Below, one piece after another: positions 33,498-45,330 of a DNA stretch of 64,000 bases. A program made the position numbers and the translations under genes. The number at the start of each line of letters is the position of its first letter. Position 1 is the stretch's first letter. The notes beneath the pieces were generated by a model that saw nothing but the letters and a program-made list of their open reading frames with translations, was not told the DNA's origin and ran no database searches. The stretch spans positions 1,752,221 to 1,816,220 of the forward strand of contig CBDEUP010000007.1 in assembly GCA_965243315.1 (NCBI GenBank), given 5' to 3'. This DNA comes from Alphaproteobacteria bacterium. Its GTDB lineage: Bacteria > Pseudomonadota > Alphaproteobacteria > UBA828.

Positions 33498-34724
33498 ATG
33501 GAGCAGATCCTGCGCGGCGCGCTCGTCGTCGGCGGTGACGAAACCCGGCTCGACATCGGCATCGCCGACGGGCGCATTGCCGAAATCGCACCCACGATCG
33601 AGGCCGACGCGCCCGTGCTCGACCTGGGCGGCCGCCTCGTGGCGCCCGGCTTCATCGAGACCCATATCCACCTCGACAAGGCCTGCATCCTTGACCGCTG
33701 CCGCGCGGAGCGGGGCGACCTCGCCGAGGCCATCGACGAGGTGGCGCGGGTCAAGCGAGAATTCACCGCCGACGACGTGAACGCCCGCGCCCGGCGCGTG
33801 CTCGATGCCTGCATCGCCCAGGGCACCACCCACATGCGCACGCACCTGGAGGTCGACCCCGGCATCGGGATGCGGGGCTTCGAGGGCGTGCTGCCGCTGA
33901 TCGAGGCCTATCGCTGGGCCATTGACCTCGAAATCTGCGTCTTCCCGCAGGAGGGGCTGCTCAACAATCCGGGCACCGACGAGCTGATGGTGGAGGCGCT
34001 GGAGCGGGGTGCCTCTGTGGTCGGCGCCGCGCCCTATACGGACAGAGACCCGGCCGGCCAGATCGACCGCGTGTTCGATCTCGCGCGCACGTTCGACGTC
34101 GATATCGACATGCATCTAGACTTCGGCGAGAGTGCGGACGAACTTGATCTCGACCAGGTCTGCGGGCTGACCGAGCGCTTCGGATACGGCGGACGGGTCA
34201 CGGTGGGCCACGTCACCAAGCTCTCGGCCGCGACGCCTGAGCATCTGGCGCAGGTCGCGGACCGCATGGCAGAAGCGGGCGTCGCCTGCACCGTGCTGCC
34301 CGCAACCGACCTCTTCCTCATGGGACGGGGCGACGAAGCCAACGTGCGGCGCGGTGTCACGCCTGTGCACCGGTTGCTCGGCCGCGGCGTCAACTGCTCG
34401 CTCTCGTCGAACAACGTGCTCAACCCATTCACGCCCTTCGGTGATTGCTCGCTGGTCCGCATGGCGAACCTCTACGCCAATATCTGCCAGGTGGGCGCAC
34501 GATCTGAGATGCTGGACTGCTTCGACATGATCACGCGGCGCTCAGCCCGCATTCTCGGTCTCGACGACTACGGCATCGCGGTCGGCAAGACGGCTGATCT
34601 CGTGGTGCTCGACGCAACCGATCCGGCCGACGCGGTGGCCGCGATTGCGCCACCGCTCTACGGCTTCAAGCGCGGGCGCATGACCTTCCGGCGCCCGCCG
34701 GCGGAGCTTTTCGAGCCGTCGTAG
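33498..34724 (+). CDS. Cytosine-deaminase-like amidohydrolase
   Basis: FIETHIHLDKA metal-binding HxH motif, about 408 aa, with CodA/AtzC-family features. Confidence 0.7.
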   Translation: MEQILRGALVVGGDETRLDIGIADGRIAEIAPTIEADAPVLDLGGRLVAPGFIETHIHLDKACILDRCRAERGDLAEAIDEVARVKREFTADDVNARARRVLDACIAQGTTHMRTHLEVDPGIGMRGFEGVLPLIEAYRWAIDLEICVFPQEGLLNNPGTDELMVEALERGASVVGAAPYTDRDPAGQIDRVFDLARTFDVDIDMHLDFGESADELDLDQVCGLTERFGYGGRVTVGHVTKLSAATPEHLAQVADRMAEAGVACTVLPATDLFLMGRGDEANVRRGVTPVHRLLGRGVNCSLSSNNVLNPFTPFGDCSLVRMANLYANICQVGARSEMLDCFDMITRRSARILGLDDYGIAVGKTADLVVLDATDPADAVAAIAPPLYGFKRGRMTFRRPPAELFEPS

Positions 34725-34834
34725 CGCCGCCGCTGGCCGGGCGTCACGAGCGCCTCGATCAATGGGCGGGCCGTTTCGCGGGCGCGCCGGTATAATGGAC
34801 CGTCCCCCGGCCGTGCCGGGGGCCTCTCGCGCTC

Positions 34835-35908
34835 ATGGTGGAAGAGGAATCGCCGGTGAGGCGCTGGGGCTACATCGCACTCATCGTCGGCATTGCGCTG
34901 GTCATCGGCCTGGTGTGCTACCAGGGCGCAGGCGACGTGGCGGCCACCGTCGCCGCGGTGAGCTGGGGCATCGTGGTCGTGGTCCTGGTGCGCCTCGTGC
35001 CGATCATGCTGGACGGCTATGTCTGGCGGCTGCTTTTTCTGGAAGGCCATCGGCCGCCAGTGCTGACGGCGCTCTGGGCACGCTGGATCGGCGAGGCCGT
35101 CAACACGCTGGTGCCGGCGTTCCAGGTAGGGGGCGCCGTGGTGCGCTCGCGACTCCTGGTCATGCGCGGTGTGCCTGGCCGGATCGCGGGTGCAAGCGTC
35201 GTCGTCGACCTCACCCTCAGCACGATCACCCTGCTGTTCTTCACCTTGGTCGGCATCGGCCTGCTGATGGCCCATCACGGCGAAAGCGATATCGCGCGCG
35301 CCATCGGCTACTGCGTGGCGGGCGGGTTCGTGGTCGTCGTCCTGCTCTGCGTCGTCCAGCAACGCGGGTTCTTCGGCTGGATCATCCGCATGGCGGCGCG
35401 GTTCGCCAGGGGCAGGGCGTGGGACAACGCCGTCGGCGGCGCCGAGGCGCTCGATGAGGCGATCCTGGATCTCTACAGACACCGCTGGCTGCTGGCGGGG
35501 AACGCGGCCGGCCAGCTCGCCGCCTGGACGCTCGGCGCGGCCGAGATCTATGCCGCGCTCTACTTCATGGGCTACGAAGTCTCCATCGCCGACGCGCTGT
35601 TGCTAGAGAGCCTGATCCTGGCGACGCGCACCGCGGCGTTCTTCGTGCCGGGCGCGCTCGGCGTGCAGGAGGGCGTGCTGGTGCTGCTCGGCGGCATGAT
35701 CGGCCTAGGGCCCGAGGTGGCTCTGGCGCTCTCGTTGGTCAAGCGGGTACGCGAGCTGGTGATCGGCGTCCCAGGCCTCCTTGCCTGGCAAGTGGCCGAG
35801 GGCAAGAACCTGCTGAGCCGTAGCGCGCGGCGCGCGGCGGCGGCGTGCGCGCCGGAGCCGCCGGCCCCCGCCGCCTCTCCTGCCAGCCGCTCGCGGGAAG
35901 CTCTCTGA
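34835..35908 (+). CDS. Flippase-like (lysylphosphatidylglycerol-synthase TM region/UPF0104) membrane protein
   Basis: Multi-TM protein whose pattern fits the LPG-synthase-TM/flippase-like family. Confidence 0.55.
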   Translation: MVEEESPVRRWGYIALIVGIALVIGLVCYQGAGDVAATVAAVSWGIVVVVLVRLVPIMLDGYVWRLLFLEGHRPPVLTALWARWIGEAVNTLVPAFQVGGAVVRSRLLVMRGVPGRIAGASVVVDLTLSTITLLFFTLVGIGLLMAHHGESDIARAIGYCVAGGFVVVVLLCVVQQRGFFGWIIRMAARFARGRAWDNAVGGAEALDEAILDLYRHRWLLAGNAAGQLAAWTLGAAEIYAALYFMGYEVSIADALLLESLILATRTAAFFVPGALGVQEGVLVLLGGMIGLGPEVALALSLVKRVRELVIGVPGLLAWQVAEGKNLLSRSARRAAAACAPEPPAPAASPASRSREAL

Positions 35909-35984
35909 GAGCTCAGTAACCACGCAGGCCGGGCGCCATCCACCCCACCATCTCAAGCAATCACATGTATCCGGAGACCGCACC

Positions 35985-36968
35985 ATGGGCACGATGATCG
36001 ACGGCGAGTGGCACAAGGAGGACAACAGGACCGAAAGTGACGGGCGTTTCGTGCGAGCCACGACCTCCTTCCGTGAAACCGTCACCGCCGATGGCTCCTC
36101 GGGATTCAAGGCCGAGCCGGGCCGCTACCACCTCTACGTCTCGCACGCCTGCCCTTGGGCGCACCGCACGATGATCGTGCGCGCGCTGCGCGGGCTGGAG
36201 GACGTGATCTCGGTCTCCGTGGTGGACCCCTACATGGGCGAGGACGGCTGGCACTTCAGCGAGGGCCCCGGCTGTATCCCCGACAGCGTCAACGGCACCC
36301 GGTTTCTTCGCGAGATCTACAAGCTGGCGCGGGACGACTACACAGGGCGGGTCTCGGTGCCCGTGCTCTGGGACAAGCGGGAGCGAACCATCGTCAACAA
36401 CGAGTCCGCCGAGATCATTCGGATGCTCAACACGGCATTCAATGGCTGGGGCGACGGAGAGCCGGACCTGTACCCGGCGGCGCTCAGGGACGAGATCGAC
36501 GCGATCAACGAGCCGATCTACGAGCACGTCAACAATGGCGTCTACAGGACCGGCTTCTCCCGGTCGCAGGCGGCTTACGAGGACGCCTTCGACGCGCTTT
36601 TCGCGACCCTGGACGACCTGGAGGAGAGACTGGGCGCGCAGCGCTACCTGGCCGGCGGGTGCATCACCGAGGCTGACTGGCGGCTCTTGCCCACCCTGGT
36701 GCGCTTCGACGCCGTCTATGTCGGGCACTTCAAGTGCAACAAGCGCCGGATCGAGGACTATCCCAATCTGGGCAACTACCTGCGGGAGCTTTATCAGTAT
36801 CCGGGGGTCGCGGACACGGTGAACATGGCGCACATCAAGGGCCACTATTACGGGAGCCACGTCAGTGTGAACCCCTCTCGCATCGTGCCCAAGGGGCCGG
36901 TGCTCGACTTCACGCGCCCTCACGATCGGGACCGCCTTCCCGGCGCGACGGGGCACACGAGCGCGTAG
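35985..36968 (+). CDS. Glutathionyl-hydroquinone reductase (Xi-class GST, YqjG/ECM4 family)
   Basis: HLYVSHACPWAHRTMIV contains the diagnostic CPWA motif. About 327 aa. Confidence 0.85.
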   Translation: MGTMIDGEWHKEDNRTESDGRFVRATTSFRETVTADGSSGFKAEPGRYHLYVSHACPWAHRTMIVRALRGLEDVISVSVVDPYMGEDGWHFSEGPGCIPDSVNGTRFLREIYKLARDDYTGRVSVPVLWDKRERTIVNNESAEIIRMLNTAFNGWGDGEPDLYPAALRDEIDAINEPIYEHVNNGVYRTGFSRSQAAYEDAFDALFATLDDLEERLGAQRYLAGGCITEADWRLLPTLVRFDAVYVGHFKCNKRRIEDYPNLGNYLRELYQYPGVADTVNMAHIKGHYYGSHVSVNPSRIVPKGPVLDFTRPHDRDRLPGATGHTSA

Positions 36969-37152
36969 TGGAGCGCGTCCGTCTCCGACGGACACGCGAC
37001 AGGCCGCGACCGCGGTCCGCCGCTTTTGCGGCGCCCTCGCCGGGCACGGCGCGGGCTTGATTGTCTGCAGCGACCGGCACGCACTATAGTTGCGCCCCGG
37101 CGGAGTCGGGCAGCGCGCTACGGGCGGGTGCCGCCGGCGGAGGAGACCAGCC

Positions 37153-37470
37153 ATGACGGTCAGCGCCGCGAAGTTCGAGGTCGGCCAGGTCGTCCACCAC
37201 CTGAAGTTCGGCTATCGCGGCGTAGTCTTCGACGCCGATCCGTGCTTCCAGGGCACCGATGAATGGTACGAGCAGGTCGCGCGCTCGCGCCCGCCGAAGG
37301 ACAGGCCGTGGTATCACGTTCTGGTTCACGATGCGGCGCACACCACCTATGTCGCCGAGCGCCATCTGGAGCCTGACCCGGAGGGCGGGCCCATCCAGCA
37401 CCGGCTGCTGGCTCAGCTCTTCGGCGGCTTCGAGAACGGCCGCTACCGCACCGTTCGCGCTATCAATTGA
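37153..37470 (+). CDS. hspQ: Heat-shock protein HspQ (YccV-like hemimethylated-DNA-binding domain)
   Basis: MTVSAAKFEVGQVVHHLKFGYRGVVFDADP matches HspQ. RBS ggaggag lies upstream. Confidence 0.8.
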   Translation: MTVSAAKFEVGQVVHHLKFGYRGVVFDADPCFQGTDEWYEQVARSRPPKDRPWYHVLVHDAAHTTYVAERHLEPDPEGGPIQHRLLAQLFGGFENGRYRTVRAIN

Positions 37471-37486
37471 GACCCAGGTAGGGTTA

Positions 37487-37501
37487 TGCTGCATTGCAGC
37501 A
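37487..37501 (+). promoter_or_regulatory. Perfect 7-1-7 palindrome tgctgca-t-tgcagca between hspQ and panB
   Basis: Inverted repeat seen directly in the sequence. A second GC hairpin, ggcggcc-gta-ggccgcc, follows at about 37570. Confidence 0.3.
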
Positions 37502-37612
37502 AGATGTTCACTTTAGCGTTGAGTTTGTTACAATCGGTTGTTGTTGCGGCGCAGCATAGCGCGCCGGGGCGGCCGTAGGCCGCCTGCAGGGCCTCGCCAA
37601 GGAGGCAGCGAC

Positions 37613-38452
37613 ATGGCCAACCAAAGCCCAGTCCGGCGGCTCACCGTCCGCGATATCGCCCGCGCCAAGGGGGGCGAGCCGATCGTGAGCCTCACTGCCT
37701 ACACGGCACCCGTTGCCCGCATTGTCGATGAAGCCTGCGACTTCATCCTGGTGGGCGATTCGCTCGGCATGGTGCTCTACGGGATGGATTCCACGGTCGG
37801 CGTCACGGTCGAGATGATGCTTGCCCACGGCCGCGCTGTGGTCCGCGCCACCCGACGGGCATGCATCGTCGTGGACCTGCCCTTCGGCTCCTACGAGCAA
37901 TCGCCCGCCCAGGCCTTCGGCACGGCCTCCCGTATCATGGCGGAGACCGGCTGCGCGGCGGTCAAGCTGGAGGGCGGGGAGGAGATGGCTGAGACGATCG
38001 ATTTCCTCACCGCGCGCGGCGTTCCGGTGCTGGGCCATATCGGTCTGATGCCGCAATCGGTAAACGCGGCCGGCTTCCAGGTTCAGGGCAGGACCGAGGA
38101 GAGCGCGCGGCGCATCCTCGCCGATGCGCGGGCGGTCCAGGCCGCAGGCGCCTTCGGCATCGTGATCGAGAACACGGTCGAGCTGCTTTCGCGCACGCTG
38201 ACGCAGGAGCTCGCGGTGCCCACCATCGGCATCGGAGCATCGCCGGCCTGCGACGGTCAGATCCTTGTTACCGAAGATATCGTGGGCCTCGCCGGCGCCT
38301 TCACGCCCCGCTTCGTCAAGCGCTACGCGGAGCTCGGCGACGGGCTTGCCGGTGCCGTGCGGGACTATGCCGCCGACGTGCGCGCCCGGCGCTTCCCCGG
38401 ACCCGAGCACACGGCGAACCTGACGGTGCCCAAGGCGAAATCCAAGGCTTGA
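37613..38452 (+). CDS. panB: 3-methyl-2-oxobutanoate hydroxymethyltransferase
   Basis: Strong PanB similarity ([33 protein letters not shown]). RBS ggagg lies upstream. Confidence 0.92.
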   Translation: MANQSPVRRLTVRDIARAKGGEPIVSLTAYTAPVARIVDEACDFILVGDSLGMVLYGMDSTVGVTVEMMLAHGRAVVRATRRACIVVDLPFGSYEQSPAQAFGTASRIMAETGCAAVKLEGGEEMAETIDFLTARGVPVLGHIGLMPQSVNAAGFQVQGRTEESARRILADARAVQAAGAFGIVIENTVELLSRTLTQELAVPTIGIGASPACDGQILVTEDIVGLAGAFTPRFVKRYAELGDGLAGAVRDYAADVRARRFPGPEHTANLTVPKAKSKA

Positions 38453-38627
38453 GTTGCGGCGAGAGGCTCGGTGCGAGAGCCGGTTTCGCCACATTCCGAA
38501 CACAATGATTTGACAAGACCGACGCCCATGCACAGATCATGCTGCATGGGCTCGAGCGTTCGGTTGGAGTCGGCGCTCCGGCCGTTGCGCACCCAGCTTC
38601 GGCGATAGGGACGTGAGGAGACGATCC

Positions 38628-39098
38628 ATGCACAGGTTCAAGTTCGCGATGCTCGGGTTGGCGGTGCTGGCGCTCGCCGCCTGCACCGAAACCACCGGCC
38701 AGAAGCAAAGCCTGGGTACGCTGCTCGGCGCAGTGGCCGGCGGGGTCGCCGGCTCGCAGGTCGGTGATGGCCGCGGCAAGCTGGTCGCCACCGGCGTTGG
38801 CGCCCTTCTCGGTGCGATGATCGGCAGCGAGATCGGCAAGTCGCTCGACCGCGCCGATCAGCTGGCGATGGAGCATTCAGCGCAACAGACGTTGGAGACG
38901 GCGCCCATAGGTACGACGAACACGTGGCATAACCCGGACAGCGGCAACATGGGCACGTTCACGCCGACCCAGACATACCAGCAAAGCGATGGAACCTACT
39001 GCCGCGAGTTCACCCAGACCGTGACGATCGGCAACCGCACGGAGGAAGCCTACGGCACCGCCTGCCGCCAGCCCGACGGCAGCTGGCAGATCATCTAG
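38628..39098 (+). CDS. Outer-membrane lipoprotein, 17-kDa surface antigen/glycine-zipper family
   Basis: [19 protein letters not shown] is a lipobox. A Gly-zipper region ([13 protein letters not shown]...[11 protein letters not shown]) follows. Confidence 0.7.
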   Translation: MHRFKFAMLGLAVLALAACTETTGQKQSLGTLLGAVAGGVAGSQVGDGRGKLVATGVGALLGAMIGSEIGKSLDRADQLAMEHSAQQTLETAPIGTTNTWHNPDSGNMGTFTPTQTYQQSDGTYCREFTQTVTIGNRTEEAYGTACRQPDGSWQII

Positions 39099-39147
39099 CG
39101 CCGGGCTACGCGCCTCGGGAAACGTCCGCCCAGAGTGCGGGCGGCCG

Positions 39148-40002
39148 ATGGCGCCCTCGGTCATCGACAGCATTGCCGGCCTGCGCGCGGCCGTCGCCGC
39201 GTGGCGCGCAAACGGTCTGACGGTCGCCCTCGTCCCCACCATGGGGGCGCTGCACGAGGGCCACATGGCGCTGGTCCGGGCCGCGCGCGCGCATGGTGGG
39301 CGAACGGTGGTCAGCCTCTTCGTCAACCCGACCCAGTTCGCGCCTGACGAGGATTTCGCCCTCTACCCGCGTCAGCAGGCGGATGACCTCGCGAAGCTCG
39401 CCGAGGCCGGGGTCGAGGCCGCGTTCATGCCGGCCACCAAGGCGATCTACCCGCCGGGCTTCGCGACAACGGTGCGGGTCGAGGGTGTCACCGCCGGGCT
39501 GGAAGGCGCCTCCCGGCCCCACTTCTTCGACGGGGTCGCGACGGTCGTCACCAAGCTTCTGCTGCAATGCTTGCCCGATGTCGCGCTCTTCGGCGAGAAG
39601 GACTATCAGCAGCTCGTCACGGTGCGCCGCCTGGTCGCCGACCTCGACATCCCCTGCAGGATCGAGGCCGTGCCAACCGTGCGCGCGGAGGACGGTCTCG
39701 CGCTCTCTTCGCGCAACGCCTATCTCTCGGCGGACGAACGCCGGGTCGCGCCAAAAATCTTCGAGGTGCTGAGCTGGATGGCGGCGGCATTGGGCGAGGG
39801 CGCGGCGCCGGCCGATAGCATCGCCCAGGGCACGGCCGCGCTCAGAGACGCAGGCTTCGCCCGTATCGACTATCTCGCAGTCTGCGATGCAGAGACTCTC
39901 GAGCCGGTCGCGCGGCTGGACGGGCCGGCCAGGGTGCTCGCTGCCGTCTGGCTGGGCGAGACGCGATTGATCGATAATGTTCCGGTGAGCCCCGCCGGCT
40001 GA
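39148..40002 (+). CDS. panC: Pantoate--beta-alanine ligase
   Basis: PTMGALHEGHMALV matches the PanC HIGH-type motif, with similarity along the whole length. Confidence 0.92.
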   Translation: MAPSVIDSIAGLRAAVAAWRANGLTVALVPTMGALHEGHMALVRAARAHGGRTVVSLFVNPTQFAPDEDFALYPRQQADDLAKLAEAGVEAAFMPATKAIYPPGFATTVRVEGVTAGLEGASRPHFFDGVATVVTKLLLQCLPDVALFGEKDYQQLVTVRRLVADLDIPCRIEAVPTVRAEDGLALSSRNAYLSADERRVAPKIFEVLSWMAAALGEGAAPADSIAQGTAALRDAGFARIDYLAVCDAETLEPVARLDGPARVLAAVWLGETRLIDNVPVSPAG

Positions 40003-40021
40003 CGGCGCCTTCTGCCGAGGA

Positions 40022-40186
40022 TCAGTGAGAGTCTCGCGCTCCGCCGTCGATCTCGCCGGGGCCGTCATCGGTGCCCTCGCGTCGGCGCGCATCGAAGAGC
40101 AGCGTCTTCGCCGACCAGAAGATCCCGATCGACAGGATGAGGGTGGCGAGCGCAACCAGCAGCGGCAGTCCGAGGTCCCAGGGCAT
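40022..40186 (-). CDS. Small (54-aa) single-TM membrane protein, hypothetical
   Basis: Minus-strand ORF MPWDLGLPLLVALATLILSIGIFWSAKTLLFDARRREGTDDGPGEIDGGARDSH. It is below the ORF-track length cutoff and is supported by composition only. Confidence 0.25.
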   Translation of the reverse strand: MPWDLGLPLLVALATLILSIGIFWSAKTLLFDARRREGTDDGPGEIDGGARDSH

Positions 40187-40333
40187 GGGTTATGTAGCCC
40201 CCAAGTGACGATCCTGCTTGGCTGAATAGCCAAGCGCCCCGGCTGCGTCAAGGCCGGGACATCCGCTTGACAGGCGGGCCAGTGCCGCCGCATGATCCGG
40301 CCCCCTTCGGCCGGGGCGACCGGCCGCCGCAAT

Positions 40334-40409
<76 letters not shown>

Positions 40410-40691
40410 TTCCCCTCTTTCAGACAATCCCAAGACGTCTCGAAACTCCCTGAACAATCTCCACGCGGACTATCGATTGAAGGTGTCATTTCAGCAAACA
40501 CCCCTTATACGCCAAACTTTGCCGCCGACGCTGGCACCGGCCTCCTCGTTCGCGAATACTCGCCAAGCCTTTGGCACGTTCGACTCTGTCGCCCACGGCG
40601 TCGAATGGATACCCTGTCGTGGAGATAGGCCCGAATAGATGCTTCGTTATCCATCGCTTCTCGGGCTTGTTGAGGGCTCCTGGTCTCCGGT

Positions 40692-41948
40692 TCAAGCGGG
40701 CTTCCGCACCTGTTCGACTTCGATCCACAGGCTCTCGACGCCGCGAAGAACGATGCCGTCCCGGTACCGGGGCTCCGCCGCCATGTGTATCGACGCGAAG
40801 CGATCGAGCAGACCCCGGAACGCGATCCTCGCCTCCAGCACCGCGAGCGACGCGCCGAGGCAGAAGTGGATGCCGCGCCCGAAGGAAAGATGGCTCTTCT
40901 CCGTGCGTCCGATGTCGAGCGCGTCGGGGCTCTCGAACGCGGCCGGGTCCCGGTTCGCCGCGCCAATCAGGGCGATCACCTTATCGCCCACGCGCAGGCG
41001 CTTGCCGCCCATCTCCAGGTCCTCGCGCACGACGCGGCCGTCGAGCTGGACGGGGCTGTCGTAGCGCAGCAGCTCGTCGACAGCGGGTTCCAGCAGGCCG
41101 GGCTCGTCGCGCAGCCGCTGCAACTGATCGGGGTGGCGGAGGAGGGCCAGCATGCCGTTGCCGATGAGATTGCGCGTGGTCTCGTTGCCGGCCACCAGGA
41201 TCAACAGCATGGTGGACAGAAGCTCTTCGCGGGAGAGCTTGTCGCCCTCCTCCTCCGCCGCCAGCAGGGCGCTGACGATATCGTCCCGGGGCTCCCGCTG
41301 CCGTGCCTCTACGATGGTCTCGAAATAGGCGAACAACTCCTCCGTCGCACGCCGCACGCCCTCGACCTGCGCAGGGGTGAGGATTGGCTCGACGATGAGC
41401 GCGATGCCGTTGGACCAGCCTTCGAAGCGGTCCATGTCCTCTGCCGGCACCCCCAGCATCTCGGCGATCACGGTCACCGGCAGCGGGTAGCCGAGGGCTG
41501 AGATCAGGTCGAAGCGATCCTGGCCGGCGACCGCGTCAAGAAGCCGGTCGGAAATCGCCTGCACCCGCCCGTGCCAGCTTCTCACCGAGCGCGGCGTGAA
41601 TGCCCGGGAGACGAGCGCGCGCAGCCGCGTGTGGTCGGGCGGGTCAATGTCCAGCAGGGTTGTCAGGCCGGTATCGTGGAAGCGGCGATCCTCGTTGGAG
41701 AAACGTGCGTGGTCGCGGAGCATTGCGTCCGCGTCCTCGTAGCGGGCCAGCACCCAGGCGTCGACCAGCCGCATGCGGTGGACCGGATCCTTGTCCCTGA
41801 TCCGGCGATAGACCGCGTAGGGATCTCTCGCGACCTCTTCGGAGACGGGATTGTAGGCGACACCGGATTCGAGCCGCTCGTAGGCGAGCAGCACCTGCAT
41901 GGCGACCGGCTTGACGAGACTGGCAACAGCCCCCAACGTATCCACCAT
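40692..41948 (-). CDS. Cytochrome P450
   Basis: [14 protein letters not shown] heme-binding loop and an AGNETT-like I-helix ([14 protein letters not shown]). Start MVDTLGAV (41948) is inferred, because the upstream ORF extension is Arg-rich. Confidence 0.85.
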   Translation of the reverse strand: MVDTLGAVASLVKPVAMQVLLAYERLESGVAYNPVSEEVARDPYAVYRRIRDKDPVHRMRLVDAWVLARYEDADAMLRDHARFSNEDRRFHDTGLTTLLDIDPPDHTRLRALVSRAFTPRSVRSWHGRVQAISDRLLDAVAGQDRFDLISALGYPLPVTVIAEMLGVPAEDMDRFEGWSNGIALIVEPILTPAQVEGVRRATEELFAYFETIVEARQREPRDDIVSALLAAEEEGDKLSREELLSTMLLILVAGNETTRNLIGNGMLALLRHPDQLQRLRDEPGLLEPAVDELLRYDSPVQLDGRVVREDLEMGGKRLRVGDKVIALIGAANRDPAAFESPDALDIGRTEKSHLSFGRGIHFCLGASLAVLEARIAFRGLLDRFASIHMAAEPRYRDGIVLRGVESLWIEVEQVRKPA

Positions 41949-42266
41949 CGTCCATTCCCCCACCAGGTGACGACCGCGCACCCATACTAACCCAGGGGCG
42001 ACTCGAGGCGGATCGAGCACGCCATCCTTGCGCGATCCTATCCGCGTTCTTCGAATGGTTCGAAGGATCGCACTCGACGGACCCCGTTCCCGCCGCGGGT
42101 ATGGGAGGCGGCCGCCGCAAGGAACCATGCGACGAAAAGCTTGCGGGCGATCGGCTGTCAGCCTTGAGAACCGGAAGTCCGGGGTCGCTGCGGTCGCTGC
42201 AGGGGGACGACCGAGTAATGCTGCAGCGGCTGCCGTGGGAGCGTCAGCGCAGGTAGCGTCCGACGT

Positions 42267-43385
<1,119 letters not shown>

Positions 43386-43785
43386 CTAGACCGATTCGCG
43401 GCATCCTGGCAACCGGCTCGCCTTTCCCATCGGGAAGGGCGCATCGATCGTGGCGCTCGCTTCGCCGTCCGTCTGAGGTGCTAAAGGCATGTGCGTGACC
43501 TCCGGCGGGACGTGGCAGGCAAGCCCGGAAACGAGGCTGGACCATGTCCTGCTTGCACCGGCGGGCTTGCTGCTGGCTCGGGCCGTTCAAGGCAATTATC
43601 TGCGCGGCGGCGGGAAGCTGTCGGCATGGCTCACCTCGTATTTCTGAGCCGGCGTGCGGGACGGCGCAACCGCATATGCTCCGCACGATGACAGCCTCTT
43701 TGGGCGGGGAGCGTAGTCAGGGTTCGAGAACGTTGCGCGGACGCGCACCCGCCTGGGATGAAAGAGCCTCCGCAACGCCTTCGAG

Positions 43786-44386
43786 TTGATCTGGCGGACG
43801 CCCAGCGGTTCTGTCCAAGCCTTCGCGCCCTCCTACGACCTACACGACCAGCCGCAGCAGATACGCATCGTGCTCGAGGGGGTGGAGGGCTACATCCCCA
43901 CCGCGCTCATTGCGCTGACGCTCGCCGATGCGGAGTGGCTTTGCGACTGCCTCAACCGCCGCCTCGGACTCGCCGCGACGCTTGGTGCGCCATGGTCGGG
44001 CGCGCCATGGCGCCCGCAGCCCGATGCATGCCTGCGGCGCCGGCAAGGCACTGCTCGCACAGCTTGCGCAGGGAGACATCGAGAGATTGCTACGGAGGAA
44101 GGGATTGCCCGAGTTCACGCCCAAGACCCTTACCAAGCCGCATCTCCTCTTCACCGAGCTCCATACCACTCGAACCCGCGGCTGGGCCTATGATGACGAG
44201 GAACGATATGCGGGCATGCGCTGTATCGCGGCGCCCGTGTTCAATGCCTACTGCAACGCGGTGGCAGGGATTTCGGTCTCAGGCCCGACGGCCCGCTTCA
44301 CCGAGCAGGCTATCTCCCTTTTCAGCACCGCGGTCCGCAAGGCTGCCGACGATCTGACCGAACGCATCGGCGGGTCGACAGATTGA
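43786..44386 (+). pseudogene. IclR-family regulator remnant (effector domain only, frameshifted, no HTH)
   Basis: Frame 2 (43928..44386) encodes SPMHACGAGKALLAQ...GWAYDDEERYAGMRCIAAPVFN...AGISVSGPTARF, the IclR C-terminal domain. The upstream part is in another frame, and no N-terminal HTH is found. Confidence 0.5.
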
Positions 44387-44562
44387 GAATAGATGGCAGG
44401 CGTGGGCGCCGTGCATCCGGCTCGGGCAGAGCGCCGCACAGTTGGTCTCGTTGGTGAACGCCAGGCCGGTGATAGTGTGAAACTCCTGGCCTGCATGGTC
44501 CTGGAGACGCTTCCGAGCCTCTTCGACGTCTATAGTACGTGTCCTCCCGTTCCCTTTTGGCC

Positions 44563-45330
44563 TCAGTAAATGCTGAACGGGAAGTAGCGGCCGTTGATGG
44601 CCAAATAGGTGCCGTCGGCGAGGATTTCCGCGAGCGCGCGGTTCAGGCCCTGGCGCAAGGCGTCGTCTTCGTGGCGCACGGCAAAGCCGATGCCCTCGTC
44701 GAGCCTGAGGCCGTGCCCGACGTAGTGGAAAGCGGCGCCGTCTGCGCTCTGGAGCCAGGAGTAGAGGCCGAGGCCGTCGCCGAGAACCGCGTCCAGGCGG
44801 GCGCTGGCAAGATCGCCCAGCATTTCCGACTGACTGCGGTAGAGCTTGATGGTCGCCACGTCGGCCAGATTGTCCTCGAGCCAGTCTGACGAAACTGTGG
44901 CTCGCGCGACGCCGATCGTTGTTCCGGCCGGCTGATCGGGGTGAAAGTCGGAATCCTTGTTCGCGACGAAACGGGCGACGTTGCTGTAGTAGCGGTCGGT
45001 GAAGGCGACCAACTCCCGGCGCGGCTCGGTGATCGACATGCTGGCGGCGATCACGTCGAAGGTCCCGGCGCGCAGCTCCGGAATCAGCGTCTCCCACTCG
45101 TGGTGCCGGAGCTCGCACTCGACGTCCATCCGTTCGCAAAGCGCCAGCGCGATATCGACGTCGAAGCCGCTGAGCTCGCCCGCATCGTCGACGTAGTTGA
45201 ACGGTGGATAATCGCCTGTGGTTGCGATGCGGAGGTTGTTCGCTGCGGCATCCGCGCTCACTGCCATCAAAGTGAGACCAATGACGGCCGCAACCCAGCG
45301 CAGCGGTCCGGGCGGAAAAGGTGGCTTCAC
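44563..45330 (-). CDS. Family-3 (polar amino acid) periplasmic substrate-binding protein, orphan
   Basis: Signal peptide plus LRIATTGDYPPFNYVDDAGELSGFDVDIA, the typical His/Lys/Arg/Orn-type SBP N-terminus. No cognate permease or ATPase is adjacent. Confidence 0.8.
   Translation of the reverse strand: MKPPFPPGPLRWVAAVIGLTLMAVSADAAANNLRIATTGDYPPFNYVDDAGELSGFDVDIALALCERMDVECELRHHEWETLIPELRAGTFDVIAASMSITEPRRELVAFTDRYYSNVARFVANKDSDFHPDQPAGTTIGVARATVSSDWLEDNLADVATIKLYRSQSEMLGDLASARLDAVLGDGLGLYSWLQSADGAAFHYVGHGLRLDEGIGFAVRHEDDALRQGLNRALAEILADGTYLAINGRYFPFSIY

Noticed and set aside
32346-34115. 589-aa minus-strand ORF across ureC and the cytosine-deaminase-like gene
   Set aside because: It is antisense to ureC, whose catalytic motifs are unmistakable. 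The open frame is spurious.
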